64,000 nucleotides of DNA, taken from NCBI GenBank assembly GCA_964187785.1, contig OZ076421.1:50778001-50842000 (forward strand), read 5' to 3'. The stretch comes from Amphiscolops sp. MND2022 (Eukaryota). How positions within the stretch are numbered: the stretch's first letter is position 1; each line of letters starts with the position of its first letter. Positions 40,929 through 53,502 of this stretch are shown piece after piece. Both the position numbers and the translations under genes were made by a program. The notes under the pieces are model-generated. The model made no database searches. It worked only from the letters and a program-made list of their open reading frames with translations, and was not told where the DNA came from.

Positions 40929-42098
40929 GAGGTACATTGGCATATCCAAGAAGCTTTCAGAAGTGTTTAAATTTTTGCAAAAGGATGGGACCTATATTGA
41001 GAGGTGTACCTATCGAGATTTTAATAAAAGTTTCGAAGATTGGATTACTTACACTTAGCTTTTTGTATCGAAATGAGGTGCTGCATTCAGCTACATATTT
41101 TTCTATATAACGCGAACTGAAACTAGCTCCTTATTGATCAATGAGAGCAACAGTACATCAAAGCGTTGAAGGTTCGTTCATGATGACTTCTCAATTTCAG
41201 AGTACCGAAAAAGCAAAAGGGTGACCAGAAAAACAAATTGTTTCTGATTTAAAGTCAAAAAATCAGTTACATTGAGCTTCTTACGATGGAACTTTTTTTA
41301 ATCAAAATTTGATGAGATCGAGTGCAGCTGAGTTTGCTGGAAAGGTTTGGAACGTTTAAAATCTTTGAGTCTCGTTTTTTTGCGGTTCCTTCTAGACAAT
41401 TTCCTCCCGAATATATTTTCACAGATGCGTGTGCAAAAGGGTATCATGGGTTCATCTGATATTTAGTTCATGAATTTTGCCATGAAAGTGAATGCCATAA
41501 ACAAAAAAAAACTTCTGTCGTTGTTTGTAACGAGTTTAATAAATGATCAATGTATGAAGCAAATGTTTCCATAATTGGTCATTATTATAGGGATATATTA
41601 TATTATATTATATATAGGGATATTATTATATTTTATCGTCGTTAAACTCCTTAGAAGAACCTTCAAATTAGAATTTTTTACAAATTTTGTTATGGTTATA
41701 ACATAACAACAAAATTATGTTATGATAAAGCAACATAATATGGCAACACAAGACACCCGCTAAGCACCGGCATAGTTTCCTCCCTTTTCGCCTTCACCCA
41801 CTGAGTCATAGCTATTTTGGGATGGGGAATAGGAGCTAACTAATAAGATTCACTTTAGATCTTATTCCCGTCCTGAAATTTTAGATCTTATTCCCTTTAG
41901 ATCTTATTCCTATTTTTACTTTAGATATTATTGCCAGTCTGAAGGCTGAGTAGGGATACTCTCAGTATGAAGGCTGAGTAGGGAGACTGTGCAAGTGGAG
42001 TAATAAAAGTGGAATTTTGGCAGAATTAGTAAAAAAAACGCCACACAGATGATGATTTTCCTCCCCCATTTTAAAATGAGGGGTCGGAAAATAATAAT

Positions 42099-42491
42099 AT
42101 GAAACATGTTATTGCATTCAAGTGTGAGGCAAAGTTTTGTCCCATACAAGTTGGTGGCAAATTTCAGCGTTCGGAATCCATACCTGTTCCGAATCAAGAG
42201 GGTTCGGAAAACTTGGCTGACCAAATGAGACCACAGGCTGCAATTAATGAACCTGGTCCGCCAATGAATGACCTCCCTAGTGAACTGGATCGGCCATATC
42301 TGGCTGGTCAAGGTGGTCAAACACAAACTGCATCTAATTCAGGCCTGGCTGCTGGAATGGGACCACAAGTTGCATCTAATGAGCCGAATTGGGCAATGAA
42401 TGCCTTCCCCGATCAACTGCAGTTGACAAACATGGTCAACCCAATGTCACAACAGTCTACAGTACCTCAGACTGCTGAATCTCAGGGATGA
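42099..42491 (+). CDS. Gln/Pro/Gly/Met-rich ORF or exon, paralogue of 45063-45587
   Basis: NEPGPPMNDLPSELDRPYLAGQGGQTQT and ASNEPNWAMNAFPDQLQLTNMVNPM shared with the second copy; 3' flank also conserved. Confidence 0.4.
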   Translation: MKHVIAFKCEAKFCPIQVGGKFQRSESIPVPNQEGSENLADQMRPQAAINEPGPPMNDLPSELDRPYLAGQGGQTQTASNSGLAAGMGPQVASNEPNWAMNAFPDQLQLTNMVNPMSQQSTVPQTAESQG

Positions 42492-42666
42492 TTTTTCATC
42501 AAAATGTGGACGAAATAACACTCACAAGATCAAAAAAAGACAGCTTCGGTTAAAACTTTAAAAAGAATAACTTAGTTTTGTTTTGGAGATAAATCGAAAT
42601 TTCAGGAGCTGAAGTCTGCAAATACTGAATGAACAAAATATTGAAGTTAATGCTTACACTTTTTTA

Positions 42667-43265
42667 GGAGTCGGAAAAAATTTTCGACTACTTATCCAAT
42701 CGTGTCGTTTTTTTTTGTTTTTTTTTCTCCCGACCTTTTCATGAAAATTTCAAATTTCTCAAAAATCAAAAATTGTCCATACGATTTTCATTAAATTCTG
42801 CACAGTCTTTCTACACTCACAGGGGCCCCTTCGTGCCCAAAGGCATCAAAATCGTATGACTGGAATGTGAGACACATAGCCAAAATTAGCCCAAAAATGG
42901 CCAAAAAACAGTCATTTTTCGATTTTTTAAAATTTTCTCAATAACTGTCCATACGACTCGAACGAAATTTTCTACAGTCGTTCTAAACCATATTATGGTC
43001 CTTTATGTACAATTTCATTAAATTCGTATGGCTGGGATGTGAGAAACATAGCCAAAAGTGACCCAAAAATGACCAAAAACCGCCTTTTTTCGGATTCTTC
43101 AAAAACTGTTCATACGATTCGAACGAAACTTTCTACAGTCATTTTCTACACCATAGTATGCTCCTATGTGTGCAGTTTCAATAAATTCGTATGATTCTGG
43201 GATTGGAGCGAATCAGAAGGAAAAAGACCAAAGCCGACTCTCTTACGGCATATGCGGCTCTGGTT
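42667..43265 (+). mobile_element. DINE-1/HINE-like element, family 2
   Basis: GGAGTCGGAAAAAATTTTCGACT 5' hairpin, three subrepeats, 3' CCGACTC and GCATATGC hairpin. Confidence 0.7.
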
Positions 43266-44316
43266 TCCAAAAAGCTTTCGGTTTCTGTTAAGACTTCAAT
43301 AGGGATTTTCACACCTGAATCCTAATACAAGTGTTTACACTGATTGAAACTTCCATGGCTCAAAATTCCAGTTTTGACTGAATTTTATCGAGCTGTCTAA
43401 ACGTTGTATATCAGGTTTGGCGGCGATTGGAAAGTTTCTGAATGCAATACTTCTATTACTAAATGCAGCTGAGGCATCAAAATCCTACAGCTATCACAAC
43501 GCAGCTCAAACGTCAGTGATTTTTCAGATTTCCAAGTTGGCCTAAAATTAAAGAGCAATTCAAAAATTGAAGTGTGAAAAAAAGTGGTGGAAACAGCGAA
43601 GAATTGGAGAAAGTATTCGTTTTGATTGAAACAGTAGACACTGCCAAGTAATTCTAGTTTCCTCAAGTAGGCTTCCGAAAATTTTTGCTTCTTTCTGTAA
43701 CCTTCAGTGAAAAATATCTTGAAACTCTTGCCAAGATCTTGCACAGTCTTACAAACTTCCGTTTACTCATGGAAAACTTGATAAGATCTTGTTAATTCTT
43801 CCTTCAGACAAACCTCTTGAAGTTCTTGATGAGAATCTAGACAAGAGTCGTCTAATCAAGAGTGTCAAGAGAATGAATAACTTGTTAAACAAATAGCATT
43901 TTTTTATAAGTATACCTACTGTTTGCACTGCCAGCTACGCTATCATTCTTTGAAGTATTGGATAAAGGGATTTCAGAACGTGATATCTTGGTTGGTAGCG
44001 CGAACAGCTGCTGTATAATAGGTACGCTGATCAAGACGCAGTTGGCGTTTTTGTTTGGTTTCGTTCACTTTTGTCACTTTTTCTCCTGAATTCTTGTCAA
44101 GATCTTGCAAGATCGTACATATTCACCGCGCTATTTATAAAAATCTTGCCAAGATTCTTCTTTTAAGGGTTTCACGAAAATGCAAGATTCCTATCAAAAA
44201 TTTCAAGAGTTGGTCCATTCAACGAGACTAGTTCTTTGACAATTCTGGTTCTTCGGGACTTTTTCAACCAAATCACAGTCAAATTTTGATCTCGAAAGAC
44301 ATCATACATTGCTTTT

Positions 44317-44714
44317 AGTCGGTACATTCTAACAAAGTAACAAGTTGTTTTTCTTTTTTTCCGTCAGACCTCAGAATATATGCGTAGTGGACACTTTTTT
44401 ACAGAACAACTGAACTAGTGGACCGACTACCGGAATCTAAGTTAGTGCAAAGGGTGACCTTTCGTGTACTCAAGTTTTAACATAAGATACAAAACCGTAC
44501 GGGACTACAGGGTCCCATTTTTGAATTTTTTTCGGCACTGTGCGACTTTTTTTCGACTTTTTTGTCTCCAAAGTGCCCCCCTTCAATTTTTTGCATCTTT
44601 TGCAAGAAACTGGATTCTCAAAAAGTTGAAAGGGTCCCCCCTTTCAGAATTTCAAAAACTTTGCGCTTTTTGAGCCTTGGGTATAGCGCCCACTTTAGAC
44701 GTTCCCGTCTTGTT
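44317..44714 (+). mobile_element. DINE-1/HINE-like element, family 1 (diverged)
   Basis: AGTCGG start after TTTT; 3' GCGCCCACTTTAGACGTTCCCGTCTTGTT. Confidence 0.65.
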
Positions 44715-45062
44715 ATCAGAGATTTATCAATATTTCAGTTCAAATAAAGAGTTCAGGAAGCAAGCAAAATTTTTAGTTGAAAGTTGATCCTGTGCGTGGC
44801 AGCCTTTTCCCAATGTTTCCCAGGTTTTGTGAGGATGAAATAAACACTTCGACGACCTTAACTATTAGTCACTATTAGTCTTTGAAATTATTGGTAGTCG
44901 TTGTGGTCTTTTCAGTCGGCGCTTTTCCAAGAAAAAAGTACCCGATAAAGATAGTGGCTAGTTTTTTGCCCTTACAGAAATTCACTGTGCAGAGAAGTTT
45001 TTCAAAACAAAATTTCCTCTGATGATTATTGAGTTATCATCTCTGTACAAAATCAGCAACCG

Positions 45063-45587
45063 ATGGGCATATTTCCTCCAAACCAGCAGCATCAGCAAAT
45101 GGGACCACAGGCTGCATCTAATGAAACTATTCCGCCAATGAATGACTTCCCTAGTGAATTGGATCCGCCATATGTGGCTGGTCAAGGTGGTCAAACACAG
45201 ACACCACCTAGATCAGGCCAGGCTGTTGGAATGAGAGCACAAGTTGCATCTAATGAACCTGGTCCGTCAATGAATTACCTCCCTAGTGAACTGGATCCGC
45301 CATATGTGGCTGGTCAAGGTGGTCAAACACAGACACCACCTAGATCAGGCCAGGCTGTTGGAATGAGAGCACAAGTTGCATCTAATGAACCTGGTCCGTC
45401 AATGAATTACCTCCCTAGTGAACTGGATCCGCCATATGTGGCTGGTCAAGGTGGTCAAACACAGACACCACCTAGATCAGGCCTGGCTGTTGGAATGAGA
45501 CAACAAGTTGCATCTAATGAGCCGAATTGGGCAATGAATGCCTTCCCCGATCGACTGCAGTTGACAAACATGGTCAACCCAATGTGA
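45063..45587 (+). CDS. 174-aa ORF built from 120-bp (40-aa) tandem repeats
   Basis: Three copies of ASNEPGPSMNYLPSELDPPYVAGQGGQTQTPPRSGQAVGMRAQV-like units, frame preserved. Confidence 0.45.
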   Translation: MGIFPPNQQHQQMGPQAASNETIPPMNDFPSELDPPYVAGQGGQTQTPPRSGQAVGMRAQVASNEPGPSMNYLPSELDPPYVAGQGGQTQTPPRSGQAVGMRAQVASNEPGPSMNYLPSELDPPYVAGQGGQTQTPPRSGLAVGMRQQVASNEPNWAMNAFPDRLQLTNMVNPM

Positions 45588-46599
45588 CAACAGTCTACAG
45601 TACATCAGACTGCTGAATTTCAGGGATGATTTTTTAATCAAAATTTGGACGAAAAACTCTCACAAGATCAAAAAAAGACAGCTTCGGTAAAAATTTTGAG
45701 AACACGAAATAACGTTTTGAAGAAAAATCGAAACTTCTGGAATTGAAAGTAAACATTTTGCAAACACTTTTCTGAAACATTTCCTACAATGATTATAGAG
45801 GTGTCATCTCTGTACAAAATCAGCAAACGTTGGGAAACGTTCCTCCAAGCTAGCAGTATCAGCAAATGGCACCATATAATCCATGGAGAAAGTTAACGTC
45901 TTCATTCGGCATTGAGCCCGATATCAGTACATTGAGGAGGGGATCACAGTGGACTTATCGTACTCTAACTTTGAACTTTACTGCAGCTTTACAACAATGT
46001 GAACTTTAGTTTAACGAGGAAACAAATCTTGAAAAAGCAAAATATTTCAAAGATCATAACCATTGAATCAAAATGCAAAAAAAACTTTCAGAAGAATCTT
46101 GTTCACAAGTTTCTCAAGAACGAGTCAACTTTAGCTGATCAATTCGTACAATCAATTGAATTACAAGAGGAGTGACTATCTTGGCAAACTCTCTCGCAGC
46201 GTTGCAACAGAATAGAGTAAATGAAAGAGCAGGTACATTAGTGTTGGGACTAAACTGAACCTTTTTTTTAAAAAAAAAGTATAGGACCAAATCAAATTTA
46301 GCTCTGATTTCTGCAATCATCCAGGTTACTTGAAAAGCAAATAAAGATTCTTTTCTTGGGCACTTGAAATGTAGGTTTCCAATTTCTTCCTAATTTCATT
46401 TTTCATTGATTGTATTTACTACTAAATTGGCATATGGGACATCACTTTGGACAATTTAGTAACATTTGGCACCTTTTTTGGAACTTTTGTTTATTTGACA
46501 GGTATTTCTTCATTTACTGAAACCATTCAACTAATTTACGTCAAGATAATTGGTTCTATGTAGTTTTTGAAACGGGTTGCTTCTATAGTTTCATTTTAT

Positions 46600-47330
46600 T
46601 CACTCTCTCGCTTTAGCCGTACTGTCTGGTCGTACTATCAGGGTTTGTGCCGAGGAACAATTATTCATACCGGCTAGTACTTCAGCAAGATAGTTGATGA
46701 AATCTGAAGGAGTAGTTTGGTTTGTTGTCTCGAGGACAGTGTCCTGAGACTTACCATTGGTAGATTCTTGATGTTGCAGGGGTTCACGGGAATGCATGGG
46801 CCATCCACTGAGAAACTCAGGAACCATATGGGGGTAGGGTTGTCTCCAGTCACCATGTCGCTTTTTGTTCGCTTGTGTGGGAGTCCACTGAACTCTTTAT
46901 AAACGTGTGTTTCATATTATACAGTGTAAAGCGCGATTTAGGGCGATTTTCCAAATTTTTTTCAGTTTGCAGGTCCGGGGCTCCTTTGTAATCCACTTGA
47001 ACTTTGTTCCATCATGGTAAAATTAGCACTCCCATGCATATTTAGCGTGTTTTGGATGGTAGTTTTTCTGGGCAATTGCCGTACTATTTGTGTCTTGCAT
47101 TTGAGATTTTGAGCTAGTTCTAATATCTTTAAACATCCTTATAACTCGAGTTGTAATCTCATCACTGATCATTCTGGTCGTCTCTATGGTCATTTCTCTG
47201 TTTTCTCTGCTATTTGTATTGAGCACTGAACTAAAGTCCTCATGCAAGGTTAGAATTTTGATGTAGTCTGCTCGACTTTAAGTCCTGATTGGTGACACTG
47301 TCATTCTAACCACTTACTTCATCATTTCGT
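46600..47330 (-). pseudogene. Possible degenerate gag N-terminal fragment of another LTR element
   Basis: Coiled-coil-like coding relics (ENREMTIETTRMISDEITTRV; FINYLAEVLAGMNN) with stops; no catalytic motif. Confidence 0.3.
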
Positions 47331-47820
47331 GAGTAGTATTCAGCTTTATATCTAAATTTTCCAGATCAGACATCAACATTGTATACACATTGTCCACATC
47401 AGACATCACGTCCGAATGTCTCGACCGCTTTTCTCTGGCTTTCGGGTTCTAGTAGAAGGCATTGTAGAAAGTGGTTGTTCCAATGTTCAATTATCAAACT
47501 CGTGGTACTAAACATATGCGTGTAAACTACGTTAAAAACAGCTCGTAGGGTTACTTACCGGAATTAAAACCCAAAATTACGTCGCCATTACGTTAAAAAA
47601 GTGTCAATAGCATCAAAGTACTGGCGGTATAGGTGGCCAGAATGTCTGAAGTCTTTATAAGTACGTATTACATATAAATGTGATTGGCAGCAACACAACA
47701 TGTTATTCTATTTGATGGCAAATATTGATTGCTGTAATAGCACAGTGACGGACGCTGAGTTCGTCTGGCTAGAATAAATTTCCAGTGAATTTCTAATTGT
47801 TGTGATATAGCCTAATTGTT

Positions 47821-48714
47821 GTGATAAACTTATTAAATAGTTTCCGGTTATATGAAAACTTGATGATGGTTCTCACAAGAAGTGCACTGGTCTCCTCTTC
47901 CAACAGTGATGGGACAACTCAACTGGGTGGAACATGTGCTGTGGATCATGGACTCTGTTCTGTATGTCATGGATCGCAACAAACGAGGGACTGGATTCAA
48001 TGTGAAAAATGTTCTCACTGGCTTCACTCTCAGTGTCTGAAAATACCAAAGGAAGTATTCGTTTACTTATCCTCGTCTGAAAATTTCTCCTATATTTGTG
48101 ATTCGTGTGTTAGCAAAAAATCAGCCTTTGATGACTCAACTGAAATTGCAAAACTAGATGAACTTAAAAAAGATATCAAAACAATCGTCGAAAACGTCAT
48201 TGAAGAAAAGTTGCCGAACAAAATTCCTATATCTACGAAAGAACCTAAAACACGAGATCGGCATGTACCTGAAACGACCATAACTGAGGACAATAATTAT
48301 CATTACAAAATCAGAATATCCGGAATTGAGGAAATGGATTCCAAGTTTTTCATAGATAGACAACTGCATGATAAGTCCGAAGTCGAAAAAGTTCTTGATG
48401 ATTTAAATTGCTCCGGAAATGTTATTGAAACTCAACGACTTGGGAAATTTGATAAAAATAGAACTCGGAACCTACTTGTAACATTTGGATCTGTATGGGA
48501 TGCTCGCAAAGTCATCGCAAAGGCCATCAAGAAAAAATATTTCCTAAACAAAAGGGTTTTGATCACCCCTGAACTGTCCCCAAAGGACCTTTTACTGGAA
48601 AGACAACTGTTAGCCAAACGTTACGAATTGATCAGGAGTGGCATAGATCGTAGCCGTTTGAAAATAAAAAAATTGAGACTCTACAAAGACAACGAACTGG
48701 TAGAGGTGAACTGA
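47821..48714 (+). CDS. LINE ORF1 with PHD finger, intact
   Basis: CSVC...WIQCEKCSHWLHSQC...YICDSC (C4HC3); IRISGIEE, RLGKFDKNRTRNLLVTF, ITPEL typical of LINE ORF1 C-termini. Confidence 0.85.
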   Translation: MINLLNSFRLYENLMMVLTRSALVSSSNSDGTTQLGGTCAVDHGLCSVCHGSQQTRDWIQCEKCSHWLHSQCLKIPKEVFVYLSSSENFSYICDSCVSKKSAFDDSTEIAKLDELKKDIKTIVENVIEEKLPNKIPISTKEPKTRDRHVPETTITEDNNYHYKIRISGIEEMDSKFFIDRQLHDKSEVEKVLDDLNCSGNVIETQRLGKFDKNRTRNLLVTFGSVWDARKVIAKAIKKKYFLNKRVLITPELSPKDLLLERQLLAKRYELIRSGIDRSRLKIKKLRLYKDNELVEVN

Positions 48715-48730
48715 CTAGAAAATTACGAAA

Positions 48731-51541
48731 ATGTCCACCGCATCTTTCTTTTAAACTGCCGCAGTATCTTATCCCCAGAAAAAAGACTTCACTTATCGTG
48801 TATTCTCCAATCAAGATTACCTGATATTCTCTGCCTTACTGAAACCTGGTGGGATGAATCTTCTTCAGACAATACTTTTCTCACAGCTGCCTACTCAGTC
48901 ATAGCAAAAGCCGTGCGTGAAACAAATCAGCATGGAGGTGTGGCTATTATGGCAAAAAAAGAACTGGTTGCATCAAAAATAGAATGCTTGGACAATACAT
49001 TTTGTTGTGGTATATCAATTGATACCTATGGAATTATTGTTTTTACAATCCTCCAAACCCTAGTGAGTATCGTGTTCCTGATGATGTAATCTCAAATTGC
49101 TTATACTCGGCCTATAATGTTCTCAGTAACGCTTTCATTGATAAAGTATTAATTATGGGTGATTTCAACTTACCAAACGAGGATTGGGCACAGTTCCCAG
49201 CGATCAGTACAGAATATTTCTGTGAAACCGAAAAATTCCTTACTGCTAAAAATTTCACCCAGCTTGTAAAGGAACCAACCCACAAAGATGGTAATGTCCT
49301 TGACCTGGTATTTACAAACTATGACGAACCTGAAGTTCTTGATATTGAAAAACATCGAACTTTTTCTGATCATTTCAGCATATCTGTGGGTATCCCTAAA
49401 AACTCTGAAACAATGTACACACAAACTGACCTCAAACAATACAGTCTCGCAGCAACCGACTTAAATTCGATTGACCTAACACTAGCTCAGTCACTATTCT
49501 CGTTCGAACTAGACCAAAATTCTGTCGACTTCATTGCGGACTGGCTGATTTCATTTCAAAACATTCTCAAACAGTTCTTAGTTAGCAAACGGCAAAAGCG
49601 AAAAATGTTGCCGGATTACTTGAGCTCTCACAGTTTTCATCTCTTCAACTGCCTCCAACAGAATTAAAGCAACTATATGGCCTCAACTTGAAAAATTATA
49701 TGAAATACAATACTATCTGTAAAGAACTTGAAAAGTCTATTGAGTTGGACACAAATGTATTTCTCGACAAGTTTTGTGCCGTAAATAGTAATGTAAATGA
49801 TTGTTACAAACTGATTAGAAAACTCAAAATTTCCGACATTCCGAAGACAATGATTGATCCCAAAAAGAAAAAAATTACTGGAAGTTCCAAAATTGCAAAC
49901 GCCTTCAATCAGTATTTTGGATCAGTATTCAATGCTTCTGACGATACATTCACCGATTTTACTGATAATGTACTGAATGATGTAGAACTATCTACCGAAA
50001 TCGCAAAAGAGGCTCTAGATTTATCAACTGATGGCATTGGCCCTGATGGTATTCATGGTCAATTTTTACGGAAGTGTTCAAACAGTCTCTCAATACGTTT
50101 CTACAACCTATCAAAGGTTATTGTAGAAACTGGAGTGTATCCTACATCCTGGAAAAAAACCATTATCACACCCATATTCAAAGAGGGATTGAAAATTGAG
50201 ATAGCCAACTACCGTCCAATTGCTTCTTTGAGCAAACTTTCACTCGCATTTGAAAGAATTCTTTTCAGGAGCATTTCCAAGCATATACAGGACAAACTAT
50301 CCTCCCATCAATTTGGTTTTCGAAAATCCCGATCATGTATCATCCTGTTACTGTCGTTCTTTGATAAAACCTTTGAGTGGATCGATTCCAAAGAAAAAGC
50401 CTTTGCAATCTATTTGGATTATTCTAAAGCATTTGATCGAGTCCCTCATTCTATACTACTGAAAAAACTACGATCTCTGGGTCTGGGTGGATCTCTACTC
50501 AAACTAATAGCTTCATATTTGCAAAACCTAGTGCAACAAGTTAAAACTGAAAACTGTCAATAAGAAGAGTGTCCTATTACAAGTGGTGTGCCCCAAGGCT
50601 CAGTGGTCGGCCCGCTTTTCTTCATTGCGTTTATAAATGACCTGCCCGAGAATTGTGAGTGTGTTCCATTTCTATTCGCTGACGACCTTAAACTGGCAAG
50701 TTCATGTCTGTTCGAGCTTCAGAACGATTTGTTATCACTAATGAAGTGGAGTGAAGAAAAGAAACTCGACTTTAACTTGCAGAAGACGAAATTATTACAC
50801 TTCAGTAAATCAAAGATGCAATGTGATAACCCTGTCCTACACCTGGGAGAAAATGATATCTATCCTACAACAAAGAGTATTCGTGATCTTGGTGTCTGGG
50901 TCTCTCCAAATTTGACATGGACCGATCACATAAATATTAAAATAGCAAATTGTTATAAACGCCTAGCCATGTTACGTCGGAACCTTCCTAAAATGCTTAA
51001 CCCTGACATGAAATTTAAATTGTACCGCATCTACATTTTACCCGCACTTGCTTATGCTTCAGGTGTTTGGCATCCGAACAGAGGAGGCTTAAAAAAAATA
51101 CAAAGGCTGCAGCGGATCTGTTTCAAGTGGGTTGACTATAGGAGCTCATTTCATCAACTTCTTGACAAATATCACCATTTACCGATCTCTTTACATCTTC
51201 AAATGCAGGATCTGCTACTGATCAACCAGCTCACAATGGGCCTTTATGACTTCACCATATGGGATTATGTGTGTTCAAATCAACACAACAATAATTATGA
51301 GCTCAGAAGTAACACCAAAAATATTTTCATGTCTGACTACACACGTTTAAAGTGTACACGGGAATTTTTCTTCAATCGAATCATCAAACTTAGCAATTTT
51401 GTACAACAAGAATACAACATTAAACTGCCAAACCACCCTGCCGCATTTGAATCCGATCTAAAGAGAATTTACTGGAATCACTACAAAACTAAATATGAAG
51501 ATAGTGGCTGTAAAATGTTCCTGAAATGTAGCTGTTGTTAA
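48731..51541 (+). pseudogene. LINE ORF2 (APE endonuclease + RT) with a few frameshifts/stops
   Basis: LNCRSI, LTETW, HGGVAI, MGDFN, LDLVF, SDH; NYRPIASL, QFGFR, YLDYSKAFDRVPH, GVPQGSVVGP, FADDLKL; stops at ~49667 and 50561. Confidence 0.92.
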
Positions 51542-51588
51542 AAAAAACTGTACATGTTATCATCAAGTTGTTCTTTTGTGTTGACTAG

Positions 51589-51773
51589 NNNNNNNNNNNN
51601 NNNNNNNNNNNNNNNNNNNNNNNNNNNNNNNNNNNNNNNNNNNNNNNNNNNNNNNNNNNNNNNNNNNNNNNNNNNNNNNNNNNNNNNNNNNNNNNNNNNN
51701 NNNNNNNNNNNNNNNNNNNNNNNNNNNNNNNNNNNNNNNNNNNNNNNNNNNNNNNNNNNNNNNNNNNNNNNNN
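51589..51773. other. Assembly gap (185 N)
   Basis: Run of N. Confidence 1.
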
Positions 51774-52765
51774 GTTATGCCGTTAGGCAAAACGCCAGTT
51801 TACGCAGAACGCCAGTTTTTTCAGGTGGTCCTATTGGCAAAATGCCTTTTCATCTCAAAGTTGCCTGAAAATGTCAAAAATGAGTTCCTCTCATGATTTT
51901 ACAATGAATGCATGTTCCCAATACTCGTTTTACAGTTTTATTTCGATTTTTTCGAAAACTTTGAAAAAATGCTCCAAACTGGCGGTTTGCTGAGTTACAC
52001 CTGGCGTTTTGCGTTCACAGGCAGGCGAAGCGCCAGTCGAGCGGACAACCAGTTGTAGAGAGGTTGTTTCAGTTGAAGCAACGGAAATTGCTTGAGAATG
52101 CCACGAAGTTTGCCCAAATTGCGTTTAAAGTTCATAATGCGTTTCCTGACGCGTAGTAGTCGAGTGGAAACGTTTATTTCGTTTCCACTTGTCTGCAGAC
52201 CACGGGTGTATGCCATTTCCCCCTTGTATAATGACATACAAGGGTTTGATTGACCACTGCGACAAACTGGAAATGTTCATTTTGGAAACCAAGAAGCTAA
52301 ACAAGGACGAAGAAGCCTGAAACTATCCAATTTGCAGACCAAATTATTTGATGAAAAAGAGAGTTGATAACTACGTGATTTGAAAAACACCCTCCCGCAA
52401 ATAGGGGTTTTAGAACATATATATGTATGATGACCTAAACTGCACTAGATTTGGTGCTTTGGAATTGCAATCATCTAATCAATCAAGTATGTGGACGTCA
52501 ATTGATACCAAGAAATTAATCAAACGATGACCGGAGATGGAAATATTCCACTTTTCCCTAGTTACGCATTTTTCTTCTGACTAGGAATCTTGTTCTGAAA
52601 TTTTTACAGAATGTGAGTGATATTTATTTCAGAAGCATGATGAATGAGTCAATTTCGCATTTGAACCCAGAATCCCGAAGATTTTTCGTGATACATCTCT
52701 GAAGTTTCTACTTTACTTGTCTTAGCACGGAGAGTTTCCTCGAATTCTATTGGGTCATATTTTCT

Positions 52766-53385
52766 CACTTTTCCCCAACCTTGTACTTTCCCTTGGTACT
52801 GAAACAGAGATAGGAGCAGCAGCTCTCTCGAGGTTCAGAAGTTCCGTGGGCACTTTTCCCCAACCTTGTCCTCACGGGAGCTTTGATTGACCAACATAAC
52901 CTGTACGATCACAATTACAAGCTGAAGATTAGCAAGGATTGTATAACAAGTTTGACCATATATCGAGACAACGTCACGTGTAGCTGCTTAGTCTTGAACG
53001 ATTCCCTTGGTACTGAAACAGAGATAGGAGCAGCAGCTCTCTCGAGGTTCAGAAGTTCCGTGGGCACTTTTCCCCAACCTTGTCCTCACGGGAGCTTTGA
53101 TTGACCAACATAACCTGTACGATCACAATTACAAGCTGAAGATTAGCAAGGATTGTATAACAAGTTTGACCATATATCGAGACAACGTCACGTGTAGCTG
53201 CTTAGTCTTGAACGATTCCCTTGGTACTGAAACAGAGATAGGAGCAGCAGCTCTCTCGAGGTTCAGAAGTTCCGTGGCACTTTCCCCCAACCTTGTCCTC
53301 ACAGGAGCGTGTCCCTTTGAACGATTCCCTTGGTACTGAAACTGAGATAGGAGCAGCTCTCTCGAGGTTCAGAAGTTCCGTGGGC
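52766..53385 (+). repeat. Tandem repeat upstream of the SET-recombinase gene: 214-bp period x2 plus a 109-bp unit, sharing a ~60-bp core
   Basis: Core TTCCCTTGGTACTGAAAC(A/T)GAGATAGGAGCAGC(AGC)TCTCTCGAGGTTCAGAAGTTCCGTGG at 52788, 53002, 53216 and 53325. Confidence 0.95.
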
Positions 53386-53502
53386 AGACTTGGCCACAAC
53401 CGTTTAGCCGTTTTGCCGTTTACACCTGACTGACACTCACTGCCGATTCAAACTCCTCAAATTCTTCATTCAAATTCCTTTGTAATTGTTCTGTCATTCA
53501 AC

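Larger units (their letters stand above)
47821..51548 (+). mobile_element. CR1/L2-group non-LTR retrotransposon, near full length
   Basis: ORF1 with PHD finger, ORF2 with APE and RT, short A-tail after the final stop. Confidence 0.9.

Noticed and set aside
52766-53385. CRISPR-like repeat-spacer array
   Set aside because: The intervening sequences are duplicated rather than unique, the lengths are wrong, there are no cas genes, and the context is eukaryotic.
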